A stretch of 64,000 nucleotides of DNA from Phyllosticta citribraziliensis (taxonomy: Eukaryota). Both the position numbers and the translations under genes were made by a program. Below, piece after piece: positions 35,323 through 46,551 of this stretch. Under the pieces are notes generated by a model. That model worked only from the letters and a program-made list of their open reading frames with translations. It did not search any database and was not told where the DNA came from. Where the stretch lies: NCBI RefSeq assembly GCF_038025025.1, contig NW_027117343.1, positions 62,001 to 126,000 of the forward strand. The letters are read 5' to 3'. The first letter of the stretch is position 1. Each line of letters begins with the position of its first letter.

Positions 35323-37076
35323 ATAGGCGGTCCTTCGGCGCGCTACGCTCAAAGCCGTTTGGAAGCTGGTGCGTGTCAGCCTTGCTCAAATAGTGCGGAG
35401 TTCTCCGACGAGCAAGGCGTTGTTCTCCGAAGATCAAGGTGTTGTACGGTAAGTGCGGTCGATTTACTGACTGCAGATCTGCCCTCATGGATTGGCTGAA
35501 CGAAGCTCGCTTAGAGAACAAGATTAGCTTTGCCAGATCTCTGGGGTTAAGCTTAACGAGAACGAATGCATGGTGCCCGTGGGACGAACCGCCCACTGAT
35601 CAGTGGGCCCACTGCAAATTGCTCAGGCGGTGTACTGAACAAGGGCGATTTTTTCTCGGGATGCGACTGTGGTACTCTGCATCGACTCTTGATTCTTCGG
35701 CCAAATTGCCCGCGCTGCGAGCACACATGAGCAGTCAAACTGAGGTCAGGATAAGCTTGAAACAAACGTCAAAGGGCGTTCTCTTGATTCATTTTTCCAC
35801 CACGTGCCGAGCAGCCTTGCATGAATCGTCAAGATTGGTTCCTGTCTTCGGTGGCCGGTACTGACCGTGGTGGCGGCTGCAATGGCCAATACGATGGCCG
35901 ACAGGACGCCGTGTTTGCGACCTGCCGAATCCGGTAACTCGAAAACTCGACCGCGCTTTGGGCGACAAGCGCGTGATGTTTGAGAAAGGACCGAAGAAAA
36001 GTCGGCGACAGCAACTTCAAACGTCTGGCAGCTGGATCATGGTCTAGAGCAGGCGACAAGCCATGCTGAAAGAGCTGGAGGCGTCAGTGATTCAAACATG
36101 GGGAGTCATCTTTCTGCGGTCTGGATTCGGCCCCCTTCGACTGCTCACGACAGAAAGGGCGCCCTGAATCCCACTTTACCATACGAAGAAGACATCAAAG
36201 TGTCCCGACCGTCTAACAGCCCGACTCTACCCAAGATCGACTGTGGAGAACCGACCGAGTGTTCACGCCTTGGCGCCGGGGATGGCCAACTTCCTCAGGC
36301 CCCCTTCCCCACAACTGCACTCGGGCAACTCTTTGGTACCTTTCTGCCTCTTCCACGTAGATGCCATAGCAATGGTCAATCCAAAAGGAACGGAAAATTG
36401 TGAGGTCAAACGCAAATCGAATATAACAGAAGGCGTCCAAACGGCCCGGACCTACTTACGTCAGCACGGACCATCCCCCTGAGTTCCCATTTTCGCAACA
36501 ATACAAAGTTTGGAGGTAAAGAGCTGCAGCAAGTCTGCGCCTACTGCACGTACACAGCAGCTTCGCCCGCTGAAATCATCGAACTGGGCGAAACCGTGGC
36601 AATTTTGCCCGATGACATGTGCAAGGGGGCGATGATCCACAGAATGGGTCAAAATTAGCCGCTCCCTTGGCGTTTGGCAGTGCTCTCTCCAGCCATGAGT
36701 CTCGAGTCAAAGACACTCGTATTACAAACCTAGCACTTCCTAGCTGTTTACCGTAAGAGGAAAGCAGTAAACCTGCTCAAACAGACTTGGCATTTGGCGC
36801 TCGGGGGTACAGTGTGCCAGCAACATCACGTTGTGACATCGCTCGGGACTACCCAGAACGACATCCAGGTGCATTATTACTTACCTGCTTTAGGCGATCT
36901 TATCTCAGGCATGGAAATGATGCTCCGCCCTCCTGCCTAGGGTTTGAGAGGCGTTGAAGTCTCGTGTCGGTTCAGGCCCGAGTCAAACATGTTCGAATGG
37001 TCACAATTGTCCAGTCGCCATGACTTTGGCCAATCTCGAGAAGGTCAAGAGGCACGAGAAACATCTCTTAGCAACT

Positions 37077-37084
37077 GTATAAAT
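37077..37084 (+). promoter_or_regulatory. TATA box of small secreted protein B
   Basis: TATAAATA about 125 bp upstream of ATG 37204, followed by a CT-rich leader. Confidence 0.55.
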
Positions 37085-37203
37085 ACGCCAGGGCGGACCA
37101 ATACCTGGCAATCGCAACCATCACCACTCTCCTTGATCCTCAGACCTCAACCCATACCCTCGTCCCTCGCTCAAGCAACCCTCCGCTCTCTCCAACAGCA
37201 ACC

Positions 37204-37503
37204 ATGCACTTCGTCCAGCTCTTCACGACCGTCGCCGTCTTCCTCGGCCTCGCGTCCACCGGCCTCGCCGCGCCCTCTGAGAACAATGGCGTCCTGCGTA
37301 CGCGCCAGAACGGCCTGCGCGGCTGCATCGGCGGCGCCATCTCGTGCGAGTATCCCAAGGGCCGCTGCGCCGTCATTTGCTCCGCCGACGGCTCCAGCCT
37401 CAGTTCCGTCTGCCAATGCCCGGACGGCCAGGCCGACAACCCCTACACTGGTGCCCAGTGTATCGATGTCATTAGGGCTGCGGGTCGCCAGAGCTGTTCC
37501 TAA
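37204..37503 (+). CDS. Small secreted cysteine-rich protein B (8 Cys, intronless CDS), candidate effector
   Basis: Signal peptide MHFVQLFTTVAVFLGLASTGLA, a short pro-region ending RTR, then QNGLRGCIGGAISCEYPKGRCAVIC..CQCPDGQADNPYTGAQCI..GRQSCS. Confidence 0.9.
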   Translation: MHFVQLFTTVAVFLGLASTGLAAPSENNGVLRTRQNGLRGCIGGAISCEYPKGRCAVICSADGSSLSSVCQCPDGQADNPYTGAQCIDVIRAAGRQSCS

Positions 37504-38256
37504 GGTAAGGGCGATTACGAGTTTGTTGGAGCTGAATGTTGTTGTGCTGACTTTCGATTTTATAGCTAGCCACGGGAGCTCCGTGGAGCCTCTTCGACAG
37601 AAGACAACTTGGATGTCCCCAAGGCAGGCGATGAGAAACTGAACATTGGAATCCGCATGCTCAAGTCGGACAATTTGAAGGCGGATCTTTGTAGCCAGCG
37701 CCTGCGCAATTAAATGATACCCAATATTTCGCCAGTCTCGAAAGAGCCCTTTGCATCCAATTGCTGCTCTTGAATATCCATTGAACCATCACACCCATCC
37801 ACCTTCTCCCACTCCCTTCCCACAAGCCAAACACCCAAACCGCGCAAGGCCACCCTTTTACGACTGTTCTTTAAAATCGACAGCAGCATGACACGAAACC
37901 AGGACTGTCACAGATCTCAAAGCAAGCGAAAAAGCAAGGACTACACCCGCAGGACTGCAGTCGAAGGTGCGCACGCAGGCGACGTTTGTCACATCCAAAG
38001 CGCCCAAAGCCTCGCCCACCAACAGCACTTCAACACAACGACTTGTATGTTAGTAGCCATGGGTCTTTTACGTACTCTCTGTTTCTGCACGTTTTGCATG
38101 CGCCTGGGCCGCGTTTGCTCGCCGATATCGGCCCGTTTGCATGAGTTACGGTTCTCGCTCCACCAAAACGCTTTCAGGCGTCCCCACATACTAAAAAGTC
38201 AACCCACAACAACAAACCATCATGTAGCTCTAGAACAGAACAAAAAGACAAAAGAA

Positions 38257-38336
38257 TGCGCCAGCCGCGAATCGAACGCGGGGCTCATCGAAACTGCTCA
38301 TGGCAACGATGAATTTTACCACTAAACCACTGGCGC
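38257..38336 (-). tRNA. tRNA-Gly (GCC) with a short intron
   Basis: Reverse complement GCGCCAG-TG-GTTTAGTGGTAAAAT-T-CATCG-TTGCCA[TGAGCAGTT]T-CGATG-AGCC-CCGCG-TTCGATT-CGCGG-CTGGCGC-A. All stems pair and T-runs follow downstream. Confidence 0.95.
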
Positions 38337-38692
38337 TGGTGTTGTGATTGATGAGGATAGGCCACGCTTGTCCAATCTATAAACATAGTTTTGCTGAGGA
38401 AACCTTAGACAGCTCTCCGATGAAGCCTTTGAATCACCGAATTGATCCCTGTTCCGGACGATTAATTCGATCCAGGCGAACTTTTCCAGCAACAGCGTAA
38501 ACTTTCGCGTCTTTAATCCTGATTGTTGGTCCTCGTCGAGCGAGATATTGTTTCCCTTGTCGAAGACCAGTCGCAACAGGAACAAAACACTTAAACAATC
38601 CATGTTGCCAATGAAATCAATCGACAAAACAAAAGAAACCAAAGCAAGCAAGTCTTCGACGTATGTAGAGTTACAAAAGGACGAACGTATGA

Positions 38693-39720
38693 TCAAAAAC
38701 TCCTGTCTCGCTCCGTCTGCCAGTACAGACAAAAGTTCGGCATGTCTTCATCACAGACACGACCAAGGTCCTTCACCTTGACATTGTACTGAATCGGATG
38801 GGCAAGCGAAAAGTTGATGCGCGAGGCAGGAGTCAAGGAAACACCGTCATTTGCCGGAACCACCGCGATTGATTCCTTGATCATGCCGCGTTCGCGTTCA
38901 CCCTGAAGCCATACAGGGTTCGAGTTGGTCGTGTGGACCACGGCATGCGCCTCTGGCTCGACACCAGGCTTGTTGACTCCACGGTTTCCGTACGTTGATA
39001 CGGGGCTATGACTCTCAGATGTGCCTCGGCTTTGGATCTTTTTCAGGACTCACACTGCGTAGCAAAAGCCTTGTTTCGGCTGAACCACGATGAAGCGGCG
39101 GATCTGCGAAAAGACGCGCTGGTCGTAAATGACCGTCGTCACATTGTCGCCGACATTCCTTGCATTTTCTCCCAGTGGCTCAGTGAAGAGCACGGAGAAC
39201 ATCTGCAACTTGTGAGCAAGTCAGCGTGGCAGGTTGAGCTTGTTTGCTCACACGACCAGCATGGAAGAACTGGCGAGGCCGCCTTTGCACTTCGTAGCCT
39301 TGGACAATCAGCCATTGTCATTGTGTTTGGAGCTCAAACGACTCACTCGGGTCGAGCCCCTCGACTGCTCCCGGTGATTCTCGAATCAGGCTTTCAGGGG
39401 TTCCTGAACAGTTCAGCGTCGATCTTGTCAAACAGTGGCGGTGCACAAACTTTCTTCAAACAGCGAAGCGACCTGAGCGGATGTGGACTGTACAGAATCG
39501 TGTCGCTGACTTTGATCTGCTGTGAGTTTGGCATCCAAGTCGGACTCTGATGAGCATTCCTACCGGCTTTGCCAGACGGTGATCCATTGCTGAGATTCTG
39601 GGAAACGTCATCTTCTGTGCCATCATACTCGGACGAGTTTGAAATACCAGAACTCCATCGGTACATGAAAAACCTTCCGTTGGAGTCTCTCACCCACTCG
39701 CGAGTAGGGTCTGCCATCAT
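38693..39720 (-). CDS. DUF6590-like domain protein, multi-exon
   Basis: Spliced translation EGLDP|SYEVQRRPRQFFHAGR|MFSVLFTEP..FSQIRRFIVVQPKQGFCYAV|PVSTYGNRGVNKPG..HAVVH..SRINFSLAHPIQYNVKVKDLGRV. The 5' exon structure is approximate. Confidence 0.8.
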
Positions 39721-40653
39721 GGTGGGGGTGTACAGCTTGCTCAGCGCCATGAGATTTCCAGTCCATCAAGCCAAACACAATATTTATCTTCCATGGAACC
39801 ACGCCCTTTCAGGACCCAGAGCAGAGCCGCACTACACCGCGAAAGGCATGTCCCCTGCTAGGCGGAGAGAGGCGAGGGCCACTGGCCTCTTCAATACCGA
39901 CATGTCGAATCCGCAACGACGCGAACCTGTTGGCAAACCCCGCTTTTACATGGCTGTGCCTCAAGCACCAGCGCTGTCTGGCCTGCAAGTGTTTGAAAAC
40001 AGAAGGACGCCGCAGACTAGCCGACAAGCGCGGCGCCGATCTTCTGTTGGCCGTCTTCTCATTGCACCACGTGTATTTAAACGCGCGCCTCTGTTATCGC
40101 GCGTTTTGCTTGTCCGAGAGGAGCGTAGCCGTTTTGGTTCCGCGAGGCATTGGTCCCTGCCACTGCATGTCAGCAGAGGCATCAAGCGAGATGGACTGCA
40201 GGCAGAAGTGGTGTGTTCGGAAATGATTCCGAGCAAGAGAGCCAGTCTAGGGGATATGTCGTGGCTGCACCAGGAAGCGGGATCGCTTTGAGTGGTCGCC
40301 ATTCCTGTCTACACATTCCAGAACTCTTCTAAATGCAGCACATCGGAGAAAAGAATCTGGGGATCTCTGCATGGTCCTCTAAAAGCCATGCTGGCACTAG
40401 AGGCGAATGGTCGAAAGAAGTCGAAATCTCTGGGCGGCGTCGCAGTGTAAATGATCAAATGCTATTGGATTAGCTAGTAGGTCGCGAACTTGGTGACAAG
40501 TATCAACAAGATAGAAAGCCCGAGGAAAAGGGAGCCTCCTGTAAATTCAAACGATGAGTTGGTTTGTCGCCTGTCCTGTTGATCCGACCACTTGCAGAGC
40601 ACGCAGGATACAAACAAAGAGTGAGCTTCAGCGAAGGTACGCCCGCCCCGAGT

Positions 40654-41350
40654 CTATTTCTTCTTGATTTTGCGCATCAAATGTCGTTCCCACAAAATCT
40701 TGAAGAACTCATACATTTCATCGATTTGGGTGTTGATGGACGGCACCGTCGACTCTCTTGTGATTGGAATAGAGTTGCAATCCAATCCCTGGACAATCTG
40801 GGCAGAAAGCTTCGTCTTTGAGCTTATTCTGAGTTGATACTGGAAACAAGGCAGGGTTCTGAACTGGCCACGTCTTGTTCAAAAAACCGCGCCGCCAGAT
40901 CCCGCCAGTCTCTGCCCTTGACATGCGCAAGCAAGGCCTTTGTCTTGGGATTTTCGACCGCCATTCGTGGTCCGAGCCGTATCCGTCTGCAACTGCTGGA
41001 AACCAGTTAGCGCGGTCTCGAGAGAAGTCGGACTTCACGCCGCACTGCACAGCCTTGGACATCGCCACATCTTTGCTTCCCGTCGCTAACCAAACGAAAG
41101 CCCTGCGCCGCCTTCGACTCGCTTAGTTGGTTCAGTTTACCTGCATCGTGGCGCGCAAACCAAAATCTTCGCGCGTTGGGCTTTCTCTCGGTAGGAAACC
41201 CAGTGGCCATGAGTCTCTGCGGCTGAAGTCTACGCCGCGGCGTTCTGATTTGTCCAACCCAGCTGCGCCACAGAGAGGCGAGGACGGATGGTGGGCTTTT
41301 CGCTCCGTTGGCGGCATATGAATTGGGGTCTGAGAGGCTGCTGCACACAC
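40654..41350 (-). CDS. Possible multi-exon hypothetical gene or relic; boundaries uncertain
   Basis: Protein-like segments MAVENPKTKALLAHVKGRDWRDLAARFFEQ and ..INTQIDEMYEFFKILWERHLMRKIKKK* with possible splice sites. No complete model could be built. Confidence 0.25.
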
Positions 41351-42804
41351 GGTCTTTGAGAAGTAGGTGCGGGGGAGATGCAGGCTTGCCGTCCGTGTGT
41401 CGACCCTCGCCTTAGCTCCACCGGAGTCCATTGCCTGGAATTCGGTCCCAGAAGTTCCAGAAGTTGAGGGGCGTAGCAGCGCGTTCAGCACGCGACAAAA
41501 GACTTCGAGAAAGACCAGCAACAAGAACGTTCGACTACGCGTCAAGTCGCTTCAGAGTCAGTAACAGTATCTCGAGAGGAACAATGCCCGAAAGCTTGAT
41601 TACCTGCTGCCATCCGGCCGTTTTCACTGTCAGCCGGCTACCAATTGGCTCCAAGGGCCAGTAAAACTCGCCAGACGCACAGCGTCAGCTGCACAACACA
41701 AGCAACTCACCAGCTCTGCTGTACTCTTGCATCGCTCCAATACAAAAGCTCAAGACACCGTGTGAGAGGAATCGGCCGTTTGTTTGCATCCAATGAGTAT
41801 TGCACGTGTGCAGGGCGAGGTGGCATGCGGATACCACTCGCTCAAAAGGCCTTGTCATGAACGTGGGTTCAGAGATGGCTCTGCACCAGCCGCGAGCACT
41901 TTCTAGTTTCCAGCGGCAAGGTCTGAATTATTCGAGAGGACTCCGCGAGAAATCTTGGACATTCCAAACCAACGGCAGCAGCATACGCCAAAATGACCCA
42001 AAAAGTTGCGAAAAAGCGCACCCAGCACTGCGCTCACAGGCAACAGACTCCACCCCACCATGGCACTACCAACAAGTGTTGCAGCCAGTCAGCTCCGCCG
42101 GGCCTCCGCCAGCCTCATCGCCAATGGTCCAACACCACAGCAGAACGCCAACCGACCTGGGACGAGAGGGTAGGATGCAGCCACTGCGTTGAGCCATTCT
42201 TCACACCGTGGGCCGAGCCGTGCGCTAATGCATCCGTCGACCGTGAGCAAACACGCCGGCCAACCACAGCCAGCCGGCCGGCCTCAGCCTTGTGCTTACA
42301 TCCATGCATGCGGGAACAGCGCCGGAAAGCCTGCTTTCGTGGATTGCGACGCTCGAGCGCTGTCTGCCTGCCTGCCTGATGTAGGCCTCCGCAGGATGAA
42401 TCGCTGTCAGAGCATGCCGACTGGAGGCAGCCGCATGCTGCGAGGGCGTCTGTTCGGGTGATGTAGCGATGGGTTGTGAAGCGATTGGGTCAGGCGTCAG
42501 AGGAGGAGCGGGCGCGCCTGCGGAATGGCAAGAAAGGTGGAGAATATTGAGAGGCGCCTCGCCTCCGGTCCAGAAAGGTAGCAGCGGCGTCTTATTCCTC
42601 CAGATAAAGAACGGGGCAGGCAATTCTTGCCGGCGTGACAACGTCAGCAGTCGGGAAATTGAGGCGCCACCGAGGGACAACCAGCTTCTCTGTGGGAAAA
42701 AAAGGTACATCTGTTTTTGCTTGGGCATGTAACTACGTCGGGGAGCAAGTACATTGGCAAAAGGACACTGATACCGCCAAACAAAAGCTCGAGAAACCAG
42801 CACT

Positions 42805-44146
42805 CTAGACTTCGTTCAAAAAAGTCGGCGGAGGCTTCCTGAGTTCAGGCGTAGGCGGGCCCGTGACGGGGAAAGACTGCTGCTCTTGCGGGCCCGGAGC
42901 AGCCGAAAGCCAGTCGTTGATCGCATCTCTCTTGTTCTGCCCGTCCGTCGCCGGGGGGTGGTCTAAAGCAGGAATGACAGGCTCCTGGATGTCTAGCTGC
43001 TGGTAAAGCGGCGGGTATATCTGCTCGTGCACTTGGTGTTTTGCGGACTCGATGGATACCGAGGAGCGCCGGGGAAGCAGTCCTTCGTTGATGCAGCGCG
43101 AAAAGAGCTCTTCCGCCTCTCTTTGCGCGCTTCTGAAATCGTAGGCGAGTGAATCTCGTGTACGGCTGTACTCTTGGTAGAACTCTAGGTCCGGAGGCGA
43201 CACGGGCTCTCCCAGGTTCGTTCGGCTTTCCCTCTCTGCTCGGTCATCGGCGTGCCCGCTCTCGAGTTCGAGTAGGCGCTCGAAAAGAATCGGCACGCTG
43301 GATCGCTTGTCGTAGTAGGCCTGTAAGAGGGGATCCTCGGCTTCTGATGTTGCCGCCGACTTTATTCGAGAGTCGCTGAGTTGCCGGCCGTCGTACTGCT
43401 TGTTTCTGAGTCCTGGATAAATCTTTTCGACAATCTCCGATATTTCAGACAGGACGTTGGTCAGGCGGTACTCGTCCGCTCCCTGCCTCCTCTCCATCTG
43501 ATCCAGGAACTGCTGTTCTTCATCCAATTCGTCTTGGATCCGATACAGGTGATTTATAGATTCGATGAGCTCAGGAGGGATTCTTCGGGGAGGGATGCTC
43601 TCCAAAAGAGCCTCAATTCCAGACAAGACTTCGTTCTGGGCCTTTTGGTAGTAGTCTCGCCCCCGCTTAGTCTTTTCGCGCTGGGTGATCAAATTCACTC
43701 GGCCACCTCCGATAAACGGCTTCAGGTTGCCAAACAGATTCAAGTTTTCAATCAGCGCCTCTCCAAGAGCCGGTGAGAGCTTCAGTGATCCTGGAGTCGG
43801 CGAGTGGTGCTCATCCTCGGTCTGCGTGGCACTCTCAAATGATCGTCGCTCCCGACGTGGCTCGTCGACAGCAAAGCTTTTGCGCTGGGCACCGTCTGCG
43901 TCACTCTTGTCGCACGCAGAGCACTCGCCTGCGTTGTCCATCGGTGCCGGTTTTCCGTGGGATCTTTTCTTGGAAGGATGACGTGATGATTCGTCGGGAC
44001 TGCCATCCGTCAATCGAGGAGGTCAAACATCGTCACCGGTTTCATGCCGGCTCGGAAGAGACAAGCGCTCCGAGTTTTACTCACCTCGAGTTGGTCTGCT
44101 TGGTAGATGGCGCTGGTCCAGCCATCTTGGAATTCTTATGCTCCAT
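42805..44146 (-). CDS. Hypothetical helical/coiled-coil protein (2 exons)
   Basis: The 402-aa ORF joins an upstream exon MEHKNSKMAGPAPSTKQTNS through a gtgagt...cag intron. It contains EDPLLQAYYDK..ILFERLLELE..RCINEGL. Confidence 0.75.
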
Positions 44147-44591
44147 GCTCACCGGGAGTGGCGCTCCGGCAACCAGCAACTTCCAATTTCGGGCTTTGGA
44201 TGATGTGGTCTTCGTCCATCAACGCCAGTTTGCAAGGCTGAAGTAGTCTTCATGCATCTTAAAGCATTGAAGCGGATCGAGTCGGCTGACCCGTACCCGT
44301 CGGGTTGTGTGGCTGAGCGTCCTTGCTTGTCATCCGCTGTAACACTGTTTTGCAGTCGGTTCCAAGGCTTGCCCCAGGACCCCGCTTCAAACAGTCCCAC
44401 GTGTTCTTCAAACCAGAGGTGCGGGCCGAAAATCCGCTTTTTGGTTGCCTATTGGGCTTACTGCTGCATGTCAGCACGGTGATGAAGAAGATTTTCACAA
44501 GCATGCTTCGGAGCCTCACTCGCCCCGCCATCCCTACAGTTTATAGGGACCGTGAAGAACCATAGCAAACTGCTTTCAGAGTGCCGACAGT

Positions 44592-45793
44592 ATGACTGAC
44601 GAAAGCCCAAGTGATTGGCCGCCAGACAAGTGGCGCGACCTCCCGACGGACTCTTGCGGTGCAGAGGCAGCGGATGCGCAGCCGCGGGCCGACCAGGTTA
44701 AACCCGCACCGCCGGATGAGGAATCTGATGAGCAAACAAGCGGCAACAACATTATCGAGACTTCTGTTGGTGCCGTCATCAAGATAGGGCCAGCAGAGAC
44801 AGTGACAGATCCCCCGGCTTTGCAAGAGGGCATCAGAGCCCGCAAGCGATTTGAGAGAACTCCGGGCGACAGAGAGGGGCTTGACCCAAGTATGGAGACC
44901 CGTTCCTGGTGAATATCGAGGCTAATAGTCAAAGATTATGTCGTGAGGGTTCCTGGATACAGATTCTATCGCCTGGGCAAGGTGTTTCGAATTCTCTGGC
45001 CTGAGCCGGCTGGAAACCCCCAGGCAAACACGACCTTCATTTCCGGCAAATGGAATGAGAACATTTTCGTAAAAATTCGATGGTTTGTCGTGATCCGCGA
45101 AGGGCACGACTGTTGCACCTGCTTGTAGGCATGATCCCACTGCCATTTTCAGCTCTTTACTCACCACGTCCAAGGCCAATCCAGACATACCAGTCGCAAG
45201 GCGTCGCTAAGAGAGGAACTGTCAAGAGTGACCACTCAATCGTCTTCAGCGAAAGGACTGCTCCATCCGCCAAACCGCGCGAGCACCCGGTGGGAATGGA
45301 AGGCGGCATGCGAGATCCAATTCGAGTGCGAGCAACTCATCCCGAGGAGCGTAATATGGATCCCATGTCGCGAATCAACTACGCAAAGCCATACACGGTG
45401 GAACACTACGTGAAATCATACGACTTTGGCCAAGTTGATCCAGCATACGAGCACGTCCTGCTCAACAACTTTGCCGCAGTCTGGAACAGAGTGCCGGAGT
45501 TGGGCAACAACCCTACAACGGAAACATTTTCAATCTCAGTCGACGTCCAATCGAGACAGAGGAATTCTTTGGGCAGAAGGCAGGCGAATCAGGGCCACTC
45601 ACCGGTGGAGAGATCTCAAAACACTTGGGCGCCGCGGTCTCCGGACTCGAGCCCAAGACAAACGGGACGGCGAAGACATTCGAGCCATTTGGGCCAATAC
45701 GCTGGACCGGCCTCATTCCAAGCAGAAGCTGGCGTCGAGCAAAATGACGAGGAACAGGGTTACGATTTTCCATACTTTCGCCGTCAATGCTGA
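44592..45793 (+). CDS. DUF6590-like domain protein (3 exons)
   Basis: EGLDP|NYVVR..FYRLGKVFRILWPEP..FVKIRWFVVIREGHDCCTCL|PIQTYQSQGVAKRG..HSIVF..DPMSRINYAKPYTVEHYVKSYDFGQV. Confidence 0.85.
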
Positions 45794-46551
45794 CGCATCA
45801 TCGCTGGATGGGACTTTGGGTTGCGAGGAGAGGAATTTGTGTTTGAAGCGGGCGCTCGGGCAAGGTGGAAGTCTTCTTGCGCAGTCGATGTTTGCCAGAA
45901 CCGAGATTGACTTTTCGTAGTAATTGATCCGGTGTCCAGGGAGCGTAGCGAGGCAAATGGATTCAGGGGCTTGCGACGTATTTATCACTCAGCTGACCAT
46001 TTTCTTGCGAGACGTGGCGTCAAATCGAAAGCAGACCCGATGTACTTTCGGGTGCTTTGAGGCGACACCGTCCGCAGACCGCAAGAATTGCGAACAGCAA
46101 ACTCGTTCATCCCGACAAGGTCAGTAAACAGAAATGGAAAACGAGACTTGTCGGAGCTGCCAGAGATGCCAATGTCTTGAGGTTTGGCAACATGCTCCAT
46201 GGCCACAGCCCCGTTCGGAAAAGATGAGGGGCACTTTTGCAACGCACCTCGGTCTTATCGCCGTTAACAGATCGCGTACAATGTTGGCGCATCATCACGA
46301 ATCTCTCCACGAATGGCCAACGAGCTCTTTACTCTGCCCCGCTTGGGGATCTCGCTTGCGTCCATACCCCGGAAGAAATACCACCGAGAGTCTGGGGAAA
46401 GCGTCGCCGGAGATGTACCGGCAGATGCATCATGTGGGTGTTGTGTTCTCGTCTATGTCCGTACTTGCAGCAGTATATAGGCCCCCTGCAGCTTCGGGAA
46501 AGCTTGATAAAGAGCCTCTGGTGTGGTCTTCGTGTTCTGAAGCGTGCAATC

